From NCBI GenBank assembly GCA_951406725.2, contig OX597819.1, forward strand, positions 6,696,001 through 6,760,000: 64,000 bases of DNA. Reading direction: 5' to 3'. A program made the position numbers and the translations under genes. Source of the DNA: Octopus vulgaris. Taxonomy: Eukaryota. Below are positions 15,290-28,535 of this stretch, one piece after another (the first letter of the stretch is position 1; the number at the start of each line of letters is the position of its first letter). Under the pieces are notes generated by a model. The model did not search any database and was not told the origin of the DNA. It saw nothing but the letters and a program-made list of their open reading frames with translations.

Positions 15290-16027
15290 TGGCACCTGTA
15301 ACAAGACACGTCTCACTAAGGAATATTACAGATGAATAAAGAAAATTTAGACCTCAGAACTCTCTGTATTCAATAAAACAGTTGCCGACAATGTGCTTGC
15401 AGTACCATTACTCATACCAACATTTGGGCTGCCTGAATGAACGCTTGATAAGATCCGAGCCACTATGTGAAACCTTGGAAGATACTAACCAGTACATAAT
15501 TTCCACATCAACTGTGACGGAGACTGCCTCTGCCTAAAACGAAAACAAGGCAGCAGAAGCTTAACGTCGATCCGAACTGCCTTTGAATGTCGTATCATAT
15601 CCTTTCGGCAACATCTTTTAACCACCAAGTGTCGAAGTGCATCTCCAAATTTGCATACTTGAGGCTGACAACATCATAAGACTTAGAAGGCAGCTCCTTG
15701 AGCAGCATTCCTTGTCTGCTAACCTTAAATACATGCCCAAAGAAGTCTCACAATAAAAGGAAGAGCATGTATGAGCAGAAGACCATGCATGGATTTGATA
15801 GTAGAAAGCGCATAGATGATAGTAACATTGATCATCAAAGCAGTCTATTATGGACTAACAACCAGATGACTACCTCCTCCTTGGAAGGGTATGCTTTTGC
15901 AATCCAGGAAAGGAAATATCAACCAAATACCTGATGCGCAAAAGGGACAGGGATGCAGGAAAAGCAGTAAAATGTGACAAACGATGCAGACTTTGTAGAA
16001 TTAACACCGAAGATATGATCCACATCG
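15290..16027 (+). pseudogene. RLE-LINE fragment (RT C-terminus to zinc-finger region)
   Basis: EGYAFAIQE, CRLC..TED..HI, decayed. Confidence 0.7.
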
Positions 16028-16480
16028 GATCTATTCAATCTCAGTCACGAATTTTTTAATTAATTTTTTTAACTAAACAGTTTGAAACTTCGGATAGCGG
16101 TTGAATATATCACGTAGAACACGGTTTACGTTTGACGTTTTTGACAAAATTTTGTATTTTAGAAGTTATTTCATGTTAAAGTTGTCGTATTTGGGTTATT
16201 TTAACCAATTAATGACGTGAATTGAACTGAAGAACGTTAGTGCTGTTTGCGAAAGTAGTGGAAGAGCAACAACTTCCGGGTCATCGGGTCTTCTGTTTTG
16301 GACGCTGCATACATATAAGTACGTAAATACACAGACACATGTATACGTATAACACACACACACACACATCAATGCATATACACACACGTCCATCACACGC
16401 ACACACACAGATTCATGTGTAAAGCTGATAAAACCCCGAATGGAAGCAAGGAAAAGGAGAGGGTTTAGTAAATGAAGGTG

Positions 16481-16868
16481 TGGAGGCGCAATGGCCCAGT
16501 GGTTAGGGCAGCGGACTCGCGGTCATAGGATCGCGGTTTCGATTCCCAGACCGGGTGTTGTGAGTGTTTATTGAGCGAAAACACCTAAAAAAGCTCCACG
16601 AGGCTCCGGCAGGGGATGGTGGTGATCCCTGCTGTACTCTTTCACCACAACTTTCTCTCACTCTTACTTCCTGTTTCTGTTGTACATGTATTTCAAAGGG
16701 CCGGCCTTGTCACTCTCTGTGTCACACTGAATATCCCCGAGAACTACGTTAAGGGTACACGTGTCTGTGGAGTGCTCAGCCACTTACACGTTAATTTCAC
16801 GAGCAGGCTGTTCCGTTGATTCGGATCAACCGGAACCCTCGTCGTCGTAACCGACGGAGTGCTTCCAC
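16481..16868 (+). mobile_element. tRNA-derived SINE family A
   Basis: Same sequence; TSD TAGTAAATGAAG. Confidence 0.9.
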
Positions 16869-16952
16869 ACGTAGTAAATGAAGATGCAGTGGTAGGGGTG
16901 GGTAAGTTTATATAAACTGTCGTTCAGATCTTCAACACACCACCACTCACTC

Positions 16953-17016
<64 letters not shown>

Positions 17017-17346
17017 ATCAGGCGGAATCACTGTACGAGTTAACTGAAATGAACGATTAAAACGTATATTTGTGTGTCTGTACATGTATGTATGTATGTA
17101 TGTATGTATTATATAAACATTATATAAACGGGAGGACACATTGGACAAGATGGAAAAAATACACACGCACCTGGAAGCTTCTATAGACATAGTGACACCA
17201 ACGAATTCTATCTCAGAAGAAAAGATGAGACTAGAAAGATTTATGACATCGTGTGGCATCACTCAGAAAGCATCTGACAAATTGTAGCAGAAAATATAAA
17301 TCAAGCAAATGCCTCAAAAAAGGGAAACATAGTATGAATCAGAACT

Positions 17347-17724
17347 TCCTTCCTTAGCACTCCGTCGGTTACGACGATGAGGGTTCCGGTTGATCCGAAT
17401 CAACGGAACAGCCTGCTCGTGAAATTAACGTGCAAGTGGCTGAGCACTCCACAGACACGTGTACCCTTAACGTAGTTCTCGGGGATATTCAGCGTGACAC
17501 AGAGAGTAACAAGGCCGGCCCCTTGAAATACAGGTACAACAGAAACAGGAAGTAAGAGTGAGAGAAAGTTGTGGTGAATGAGTACAGCAGGGATCACCAC
17601 CATCCCTGCCGGAGTCTCGTGGAGCTTTTAGGTGTTTTCGCTCAATAAACACTCACAACGCCCGGTCTGGGAATCAAAACCGAGATCCTATGACCGCGTG
17701 TCCGCTGCCCTAACCACTGGGCCA
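17347..17724 (-). mobile_element. tRNA-derived SINE family A (slightly 5'-truncated)
   Basis: Reverse complement of the family; TSD ATGAATCAGAACT. Confidence 0.9.
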
Positions 17725-18794
17725 TGAATCAGAACTAGACGTTATACCAAAGATGCAGCTCTTGATATATTCCAAGCTGTTATAGAGTCGCTGCATTGTA
17801 GCTGTCTCAACAAAGATCTAGATATTCTGAATGTCAACAAAATGCTATGTATAGCTATGTTTCCACTAAACTTGAGAGTAATGCGAATATGGATGAGAAA
17901 CGTGTAACCTTCGTCGAACTCATAGCCCTTATTTTGAAAGTCGTTCTTTTGAAATTTAAAAGCAGGAGATAGTTACAAAATATAAGCTCTAAAATTCCCA
18001 GGATGAGAGAGAAAATTATATTACTAATAAGTGGAACATATCATCAAATACTGGTTTCAAATTTTGGCACACGGCCAGTAACTTAGGGGGAGGGGTAAGT
18101 CACTTACGTCGACTCCAGTACTAAAACCCTGAAAAGGTAAGAGGTAAGGTAGGTCTCAGCGGAATTTGAACTCAGAACGAAAAGAGGGACGAAATTCCGC
18201 AAAGGATATCAAATTTTACTTTTGCTGTACTTCATGATGTCGTTTCTAAAATAATTCATAATACTTCCTTTAGAAGGACAGCCTTCGAACAAATATATTT
18301 GATACTCACTGCATTTATAGATTCCAACGCAAGAACCATTCAGAGAGAATTCCGATCAAATTTCTGCCAAATTTAAATTCAACAGGCTTGACACAGAGAT
18401 CCAAAACTTGTACTAGCTGCTTAACTTATTGTTAACATTTATGGATAACTACATCGAAGTCCACCGCGTCTCTACTCAGGTTATATATTCACATTTCTAT
18501 TCATAAACATTTGTACACTTGGTTTTGTTATTAAATGGCTAAGGAATAATGACAAAAAAAGCTGGATTTTCAGCAAAGAAAGACATCTACTGACACGCAC
18601 TATGCGAATTCAATCCTTAATTGGATCGGTGAATGTATCTAAGACTTCTTTAACATTAAACATGTAAATCGTTACTGCTGTTTTATCTAGATTCTTTTTT
18701 TATGGAATTACTTCAAAACGTTAAAAAGAAGACGACATACACACACACACGTTCATTCATTCATACATACATACATACATACATACATGCATGC

Positions 18795-18825
<31 letters not shown>

Positions 18826-19966
18826 CATACATACATACATACATAGTACGTACGTAAGTACTTACATACATACATGCATACATACATGCATACATGCATA
18901 CATACATACATACATACATACATACATACATACATACATACATACATACATACATACATACATACATACATACATACATACATACATACATACATACATA
19001 CATACATACATACACACATATATTTAGTCACTCACACATTTACTAAAATGATTGGAACTATCCTTGATTCAAATCAAAGTCTTGTCACTGTATATACTGA
19101 ATGACTTGCATTCTGTTCGAATTTTCTTAAACATGCAACCTACGCATTAATACACACACCTTCAAACGGTCATACTAACATATATATGCAGAAATATACA
19201 TGCATTTGTACATATACCATTCATATGCACATAAACACGTAGATGTACAATAATACTTAAGCATACTCCTACATACACGCTTACATAAACATATGCATAC
19301 ATGCATACATATGTACAATGCATATGGCGATGCTTATATGACTGCATACACACATACATGCATGTATACATGCACATTTACATATATGTACACATAAAAT
19401 ATGATACACAATAACCACACGCAAGTAGCATACCTTCATCGTCATATTAAAGCTTCATTCAAAAAAGTTATCAAAGCTTTTATCAGCTTCCATCTTTTTT
19501 TCATTTCATTCCGAGATATCATTCAGCTCTGGTCTTTGACATAAAATGCAAACATCTTTCCGTTAAAAATAAGAAATAGAATAGAGAATTTCATATGCGA
19601 ATTTAATTTTTTTATTTTGACATCTAGAATTCGGCGAGATTGAAACGAGGTGCATTAATATGTAAGAACGCACCTTCGCGTTTATGCATAAACTAGTGTC
19701 ATAATATTAACCAATCTTTTCTGCTTACATTGTCACGTGATTCCTTCTTTCAAATGAGACATCGATATACTGTGTTACTTAAGTTAGGAATTTTACTATT
19801 TTTTTTTTCTTAGAATCGTTGATGGAAGAGTTTTCCCCTTGGGAAGCCACTCCAAGCGACATCGCTGTCAAACATTCCAATATAAATAAATGGAAATATC
19901 TTTTCACCAAGCACACAGATACATACACGCACACTCCTCTCTCTCTCTCTCACTCTCTCTCTCTCT

Positions 19967-20100
<134 letters not shown>

Positions 20101-20161
20101 CATATATATATACATATAGATAGATATTTAACTATATATGAATAAATATGTATATATATAT

Positions 20162-20195
<34 letters not shown>

Positions 20196-20216
20196 ATGTA
20201 TATGTATGTATATATG

Positions 20217-20267
<51 letters not shown>

Positions 20268-20524
20268 CAACGTCTCTACATATCTATCTATTTATCAATT
20301 TATCTAATTTATCGAACTGCTTCAGTCATTTTCACTCACCAACTCATATATTCAGTTCTTCACTCGTCCACTTGTCTGCGCGTGTATACTTATACAAAAT
20401 TACTTCTACTTCCCCTTAGTTTGTCTTTACGAACATATATGTATGGTTGGGTAAGTACCTAGTTAGCTATATTATCTACATTATTTACAATTGACAGATA
20501 TTTGTCCTCGTCTTGTTTGTTATT

Positions 20525-20570
20525 AAAACAACGTTTCGGCTGATATACCCTCCAGCCTTCATCAGGTGTC
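20525..20570 (-). ncRNA. Minimal hammerhead ribozyme motif (inverted copy of 20748-20793)
   Basis: Minus strand: GACAC-CTGATGA-A-GGCTG...CAGCC-GAAAC-GTT^GTTTT. Confidence 0.7.
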
Positions 20571-20625
20571 TTGGGGAAATAAGCATTTTGCCCGTCGTGC
20601 TAACGTTTCTATCAGCCGACCGTCT

Positions 20626-20695
<70 letters not shown>

Positions 20696-20747
20696 CAACA
20701 TCGAAAAATACCTTAGGAATGAGAATCCAGGTTTGAAATTTCTGCAA

Positions 20748-20793
20748 GACTCCTGATGAAGGCTGGAGGGTATATCAGCCGAAACGTTGTGTT
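20748..20793 (+). ncRNA. Minimal hammerhead ribozyme motif
   Basis: GACTC-CTGATGA-A-GGCTG-GAGGGTATAT-CAGCC-GAAAC-GTT^GTGTT; stem III is only the palindrome ACGT, so it could form only in a dimer. Confidence 0.7.
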
Positions 20794-21031
20794 AACAACA
20801 AACAAGATGAGGACAAATATCCGTCAATTGTGAATAATGTAAGTAATGCACATAAATCCTCATCTCTTAAATATAGAACTCTAGTTAGCTATGTATGCAG
20901 GTAGCATGTATGAAAGTCACAAAGCAAATCTTACTTAAATGTTTGTATATATATATATATATATATATATCTATTTACATGTATATATATTTATACATAC
21001 ACATTTGTGCATATATATATTATATATATGC

Positions 21032-21080
<49 letters not shown>

Positions 21081-21109
21081 ATAAATATATCTTATATATA
21101 TACATACAT

Positions 21110-21185
<76 letters not shown>

Positions 21186-21429
21186 ACTGGAATAACTCAG
21201 TGAAATGTATAAGAACATCATACCATGTTTATACACAGGCATACATACGTAGCATAGATATATATGTATGTGTGTGAGCGTGTATGTATGTATGTATGTA
21301 TGTATGTATGTATGTATGTATGTATGCATGCATGTATATGATAATGGGAGCAATGTTGTTTGCTGGCGATTGTACCCTTGCCTGGTGAATGCTTTATACA
21401 ATGTAACTACATAATTTGGCATGAAAACT

Positions 21430-22060
21430 CGAGGTAAGTGGCACAGCCGGATCTGGAGTATATGTATACACTTTCATGCGATCTGCAGAATGGATCTTTT
21501 AGTATCGCTGTCAAATAAAGTGGGAATAACATTGGTGCTACCACATAGCCCTGGTTGAGTCCTACTATCTGTGGACAAACTGTGCAGAGGTGGAGGTTGT
21601 CTGCATCACTTGATCCCTCACACCAGTGTTTAGGGACTCATCCTACGAATGAATTTTTTCAGGGCTTACAAATCTTGCCATAAGCCCGTCGTGGTTGACT
21701 GTGTTGAATTACATCATGAAATCATATTCCATTGCATATATTTGTCCTGGATGTTTCGGAGACAGATACCAAATCCGAATTTCATACAGAACTGCTGTGA
21801 ATTTCTCTGCCAATCTGTAGAGCCATACTGTTACGAGTATCTTCCTGATTATAGCATGTAAGTTTGTGTAATACAAACAGGCAGAGACCTTACCGTGTCT
21901 TGAAAAGTGTCTCGCTGAGAAGAGATTCATGGCTGACACTACTCAAGGTATAAAGGTCTTCGTCTTTCCTCCACATGCGAACTTGTACAAAGTTGAACTC
22001 TGTAAGACTTGATCTAAGAGTAGACTGACAACTAGTTGAAAATGACTCCAGGCAAGTCAA
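21430..22060 (-). pseudogene. RTE-like LINE 3' fragment
   Basis: Frameshifted LYG(S)E-type RT C-terminal motif and a terminal C-x2-C region. Confidence 0.5.
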
Positions 22061-22982
22061 GGCAGTGACTCCTTTAATGTACTGCTATGTAGAAAAAAAG
22101 AAATATTAATATATTTTTACTATTGATTTGCCAAATAGATATAGGAGATAAGATTGGTTTAGGACGGATAAAGGAAATGGTATGCTGTTAATCACTTTAT
22201 TAAAATTATTAACAGCGTAAGGAGAAATGAAATATCTACAAGAGATAATCGAAATGTTATTGTGGTTTAGATTCACCGAGAAATATAGAGCTATAACTCC
22301 AGAAGCCACCATATTGGCTGTAAATAATATTGCTTCCCAGTTAAAAGATTTAATATCCTCCATTGTGGAAGATTTTCTATTTTTTCTTTATTTTACTATT
22401 TGATTTTTTTTTCATGTTTGTATGAGGTTAAAAGCCTATAATTTAACATTGACTGTCAAGGAATACATGACTGCTTGCATGTGAAAAACGGCATGCAGCC
22501 ATGGCTGTTATGAAAAGTCGATCGACCGGAAAATAAATATTTATAAAATAAATAAAGTAAAGATAGCAAAATATTACCTGTCACAGAAGCTCCTACTGCT
22601 ACATTTATATACATCTATGCATCTGTTTATCTGTGTATCTATCAGTCGATCTAACTTGTCTGCATTTTTATATACACCTATTTATCACACATACATGCCT
22701 CTCTTTACCACTTCAGTAAAACAGACGTCACATTCATTTTAACCACTCGTATACTTAATTCCTCTTCCAAGTCTAACCTAAACTCTACTTTTTCCCTCTT
22801 TTGCTCTCTTTTTACTACACTTCTTCTCTGCTGTGATTTTTGCTTACTGTCTTTCTTTTCCATACTTCCTATTTTATGTAGATGTTGCAAAATGCAGACA
22901 AGGTTAAAGACCAGAAAAATACTTTCAGGTGCAAGTATATATAGGTGTGGGTGTTTGCAAATGCAAACACTCATCTCTCTCT

Positions 22983-23075
<93 letters not shown>

Positions 23076-23077
<2 letters not shown>

Positions 23078-23725
23078 CGTAAAATATACAGAGTAGCGAG
23101 CTTTTTTAGAAATTCACTACCAGTGGCCTAGCATGCATGAAAAAGTCAATAGACAACATATTCTCAATATAAAATATGTACATTTAAACACAAGAGAAAC
23201 TACCTTTAACGTGTAGTTTTACACGCTAGAAGGAGCAGTCAAAACGACCAAAACCACATTTAAGAGCAATTTTGAAGGGAACGAAGAATAAAAACTTTTA
23301 CCTTGTTATTTTTTTACGGTTATACCCAGGTTTCGAATTTTATTTAGCAAATAAAATAATTATCTAGGCGAAATTATCATCAGTAACCGCGCCATAACAT
23401 ATAATTTAGGGACAAATAACACGCGTCTCATCATTATATGCTATAACTTTTCAAAATCACCGCGCAAGCGCAGTTTCAGTCGGCAACAAATGAAAAATAC
23501 CGAACTAATCTTCAAAATGCTAAAATCATATACGTAAAATATACAGAGTAGCGAGTGTTTTTAGAAATTCACTACCAGTAGCCTAGCATGTATAAAAAAA
23601 TCTAAAAGACATATTCTTAATATAAGATAGTGTACATTTAAACACAAGAGAAACTACCCGAAACAGGTAGTTTTACACGCTAGAAGAAGCAGTCAAAACG
23701 ACCAAAACCACATTTAAGAGCAATT
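23076..23725 (-). mobile_element. Non-coding retrozyme/PLE-pLTR-like element, ~1.4 tandem copies of a 455-bp unit
   Basis: 23076-23270 is repeated (diverged) at 23531-23725; hammerhead between the repeats; flanked by (TA)n and an AT-rich tract. Confidence 0.75.
23316..23390 (-). ncRNA. Hammerhead ribozyme (type I)
   Basis: Minus strand: GCGGTTA-CTGATGA-TAATTT...AAATTC-GAAAC-CTGG-GTA^TAACCGT. 7-bp stem I, near-palindromic stem III ACCTGGGT, GUA triplet; first stem II pair is U/C (probably mutated from G-C). Confidence 0.8.
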
Positions 23726-23947
23726 ATATTTATAATTATATTTATATTTATAATTATATGATTATATAATTATATTTATAATTCCTCTATTTACATATTA
23801 TGGAGGTCTCATTCATTCTATTGTTGTCATATTATTATTATCAAAAAAAAATCCGCTTCTTCCCTTTTTTCCTGAGCGCCCAATAATACTTTATTTGTTC
23901 CACATCCTCGCGTTGTTGTCTTTTTGTTTTCTTGTTTGGATTAACTT

Positions 23948-24033
<86 letters not shown>

Positions 24034-24036
<3 letters not shown>

Positions 24037-24328
24037 AGGCGCAATGGCCCAGTGGTTAGGGCAGCGGACTCGAGGTCGTAGGATCGCGGTTTCGATTCCC
24101 AGACCGGGCGTTGTGAGTGTTTATTGAGCGAAAACATCTAAAAGCTCCACGACGCTCCGGCAGGGGGTGGTGATCCCTGCTGTACTCTTTCACCACTCTT
24201 TCTTCTGTTGGCCTGCTCGCTTAGCCAGCGGGGTGGCGTCATTCGAAGGCTAAAACAATGCGAACGCATTGTGACCAGCGATGTGTAGCAACATCTGATG
24301 GTCTGGTCGGTCACGGTGATCACGGTGA
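24034..24328 (+). mobile_element. SINE family A variant with an alternative 3' half
   Basis: Family A head to ~24197, then a different tail ending in (TCACGGTGA)2. Confidence 0.8.
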
Positions 24329-24886
24329 TATATATATATATATATATGTGTGAGTGTGTGTGTATGTGTGTGTACGAGGTACTGCATGTTTCATCTGCCA
24401 GTTATACGAAATGTAGAATGACTGAGCGAGTTTATCCACATATAGCAACACAAAGGAAACGGAACGGTGGGGGGGGGGGCGAGACCGATGTAGTAGGAAG
24501 GGCTTTAAATTCTGTGTTTTTTTCAGGCGAAAGAAGCTTCTAAAGATTATAAAACCAACTTCCTGTGTTCCAATTCTAATCTGGGTTGTTTTTTGTTTTG
24601 TTTTTTTTTTTTTGTTTTTTGACGTGAGGATGCACTAAATGTTATCTCAAGGAACATTTACCTGTCATCAGCATAAGGCTATAGAGTGAATTCGTGATAC
24701 TTGAGATATCGCTCCTTCGTATCTGGAGTTAACTTATTTATTACGTTTACTTATTTATCTCGTATATTTAACCATCTATTTTGCTAAGATACATTCACAC
24801 ATACACACACCCAAACTCGTGAATAGCTTTCTCTCTATTACACTCCTTCAATTACTCTCTCTCCCTTTCTCTTTCTCTCTTTCTCT

Positions 24887-24940
<54 letters not shown>

Positions 24941-25768
24941 CCCTTCTCTTAAACTTTCTCTACTTTTTGTCATACCTAATTGGTTTTTCTCTGTCTCCTG
25001 TCCATAAATACATGCATTATACATGCGCGCACATATACACGACTATACACACACGCACACACAGACGCGTGCGCGCATATACACACATGCGCGCACTAAA
25101 ACTTACATCCATTCGTTATCTATCTTCTCTCTCTATCTATCTGTCTCCTTTAGCTTTGTATTCATATTTCCTTCTCTTTCTCCTTATGTCCTATATTTCA
25201 GAATATTCTAAACTGTCCCAAATACTCTCTCTCTCTCTTTCTGTTTTTGCATATATCGAGCAACTTCACATATCAAAGAAATATTTCAATAAATAGTAAT
25301 AAAAATATTAAAGAAATACCTTAGGTGATAAATATTACAGTTAAAGAACCACTTTTTCTTAAAACCATTTCCAACAACTAAAATCAGTCCAATTCTGTTG
25401 GAATCATGAAAGTGAGAAAACTATGTGAATAAAATCTAATTACACTTAACTCATGGCGAAAACATACGCAAAAAGCTCCTCAACATGTCTACTTAGAAAT
25501 CATTCGGACATATGGACTGTAATGGTTTCTGTTACAGTTATGTACGATGGTATAATTTCGTTTTCTATGGCTTTTGATGGAAGTGAGGTACATAAACCTG
25601 TTAGTGTGGCACATATGTATAAACGAATATGCCTGCGTCCACCTATCTACGTGTATGACAATATATACGTACAGATATGCATTAATATAGACAATATATA
25701 TGTGTGTGTGTGTGTAAAGGCATAAGTAATAGGATTTATACATTTATTTGTGCACTATAGACTTACAG

Positions 25769-26154
25769 TGGAGGCGCAATGGCCCAGTGGTTAGGGTAGC
25801 GGACTCGCGGTCATAGAATCGCGGTTTCGATTCCCAGACCGGGCGTTGTGAGTGTTTATTGAGCAAAAACACCTAAAAGCTCCACGAGGCTCCGGCAGGG
25901 GATGGTGGTGATCCCTGCTGTACTCTTTCACCACAAATTTCTCTCACTCTTACTTCCTGCTTCCCTTGTACCTGTATTTCAAAGGGCCGGCCTTGTCACT
26001 CTCTGTGTCACGCTGAATATCCCTGAGAACTGCATTAAGGGTACACGTGTCTGTGGAGTGCTCAGCCACTTACACGTTAATTTCACGAGCAGGCTGTTCC
26101 GTTGATTCGGATCGACCGGAACCCTCATCGTCGTAACCGACGGAGTGCTTCCAC
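25769..26154 (+). mobile_element. tRNA-derived SINE family A
   Basis: Same sequence; TSD ATAGACTTACAG. Confidence 0.9.
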
Positions 26155-26189
26155 ATAGACTTACAGCTGTTTCATTTGTTGTTAACTTA

Positions 26190-26395
26190 GTGAGCTGGCA
26201 GAATCGTTAGCTCGCCGGGCAAAATGCTTAGCAGCATTTCATTGTCTTTGCGTTCTGAGTTCAAATTTCATCAAGGTCAACTTTACCTTTCAACTTGTCA
26301 GTGTCGATGAAATACGTATTCGTTGTTAACCTGGATCGATGTGATCAACTTACCCCTTTCCACAAAATTGCTGGCCTTGTGTCAGAATTTGAAAT
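26190..26395 (+). mobile_element. SINE family B (diverged)
   Basis: GTGAGCTGGCAGAATCGTTAG..GAGTTCAAATT. Confidence 0.7.
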
Positions 26396-26664
26396 CATCT
26401 ACTTGTTCGTTCGCCCGTTATACTTTAGTTAGAGAGGTGGAGGTGGAGTAAGTGTTAGGTGGACTAAGAGTGAAAGAGAGAGGGTAGGGGGGAGAAGAGA
26501 GGTGGCAGTAGAAAGAGGTGATTAATATTAATACGTGGTCAGCTGAAAGTAGAGGCGAAGAACGAGAGAAACGGTGAGAGAAATAGAGGGAGAAAGCTAA
26601 ACTATGAATGCTTTAAAAACGCAGATTGTCCTTTCTGAAATGGGTTGTGTTATTTTTTTTCATT

Positions 26665-26691
26665 CCGTGGAAATTACACGGGTCCCACTAG
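26665..26691 (+). mobile_element. Helitron-like 3' terminus
   Basis: CCGTG-N7-CACGG hairpin followed 6 nt later by CTAG. Confidence 0.45.
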
Positions 26692-27065
26692 CCTGTATAA
26701 GAATCTACGTGTTCGTTCGCCCGTTATATTTTAGTTAGTTAGAGAGGTGGAGGTGGAGTTAGTGAGAGGTGGAGTAAAAGTAGGGGAGAGAGAAGTGAAG
26801 AGTGTGAGTAGAAAAAAAGAAATGAAGAAGAAGTAGAGAAGGAGGTATAATAAGGCCAAATGCGTTACGTGGTTGGAGGGAGAGGCGAAGGACGAGAAAA
26901 GACAGTGAGAGAAAAGAAGAGAGAAGTGTTTACGACGTGCTGTAGGGTAAAGAGGGAAAGGTAAAAAGAAAGCGATAGGATACAATATTTAGCAGAGGGT
27001 AATGTTCTGGTGGTGAATTTAAAGAACGGCAGATAAAGAGAGATGGGCACGAGATGCAGTTTACA

Positions 27066-27108
<43 letters not shown>

Positions 27109-27436
27109 TGTGTGGAAGTGAGCGGTGAAAAGAAAGAGAGAAATGCTCAAAACATGCAGACTGGAATTACAAGATTAAAATGTTTGTTGAAGAGGAAGAG
27201 AGAAAGAGAGGGGTATAAAGTGGTTTTTAGAGGGAAATCTTAAAATATAATATATTATTGTGACTGGAAGTGAAATAACTTATCAGAATAAAAATGCGAA
27301 TCCTTTCTTTTTTAAATACCTTCTCTTAATCTTTTTTCGTTCTCTGGAATTTCCACAGATCACACTAGTTGTTATTATAGCTGTTATTGTTATCATTAGC
27401 ATTACTGTTATATCTGATTTCATTACTAGTATTATC

Positions 27437-27496
<60 letters not shown>

Positions 27497-27557
27497 TATA
27501 ATAAATAATAAATAATATTAAAAAATATACTACTGAATAATAATAATAATAATAATA

Positions 27558-27610
<53 letters not shown>

Positions 27611-27611
27611 T

Positions 27612-28061
27612 CTATGTTTGACTTTTACTTTATGTTTGTACAAGAGACCTCAAGAGACAACAGGTTGGAAGTTCACGTTGTTGTTATGCCTAGTATGCCA
27701 TATATTTGGGGGTTTTTTTGGTATTGTTTTAGTCTTCAGGTTCCACATTTTGCTGATTTCTATTTCAAGATCTTTATATTTACTCAGTTTTTGGTAGGTC
27801 TTGACAGATACGTTTGTATCGATTGGGACAGTCATATCAATGAGGAGGCATGTTCTTTGTCTGAAGTCTTTCAATATGATGTCTGGCCTGTTTGCATCTA
27901 TCTTTCTGTCAGTTTGAATGGAAAAGTTCCAGAGGAGTGAGATGTGGTCATTTTCAAGCACTGGAGGTGGATTGTGTTCCCACCAGTTTTTTTTTTGGGG
28001 CAAATACAGGTTTTTTGCAAATTACCCAGTGAATATATTGTGCAGCTCTATCATCATGCTC

Positions 28062-28115
<54 letters not shown>

Positions 28116-28117
28116 CA

Positions 28118-28157
<40 letters not shown>

Positions 28158-28165
28158 CATTATTA

Positions 28166-28223
<58 letters not shown>

Positions 28224-28310
28224 CACTTATGGGTTTTTCTTCTTCTTTCAAATTTGCTTCCATTTCTTGCCAAGTGTCTTCCCGACTCCTAGAGCAAAGA
28301 AACTCATAGT
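27612..28310 (-). pseudogene. RLE-LINE endonuclease fragment(s) in (ATT)n
   Basis: HDDRAAQYIHWVICK; LLWNFSIQTDRKIDANRPDIILKD..LIDMTVP..KYKDLEIEISKMW. Confidence 0.85.
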
Positions 28311-28330
28311 ATACATCATCATCATCATCA

Positions 28331-28398
<68 letters not shown>

Positions 28399-28484
28399 TT
28401 TATTTTTATTACCGTTATCATTTCACCGCATTTTGTTATCACTTGCATCAACACCACCGCCATCAACACCACTACCACCACTGC

Positions 28485-28535
<51 letters not shown>

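Larger units (their letters stand above)
20471..20880. mobile_element. 410-bp insertion with inverted hammerhead-containing arms and a 12-bp TSD
   Basis: CTAGTTAGCTAT at 20459-20470 and 20881-20892; arms 20477-20580 / 20738-20841; interior holds a SINE head fragment and (AAT)n. Confidence 0.75.
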
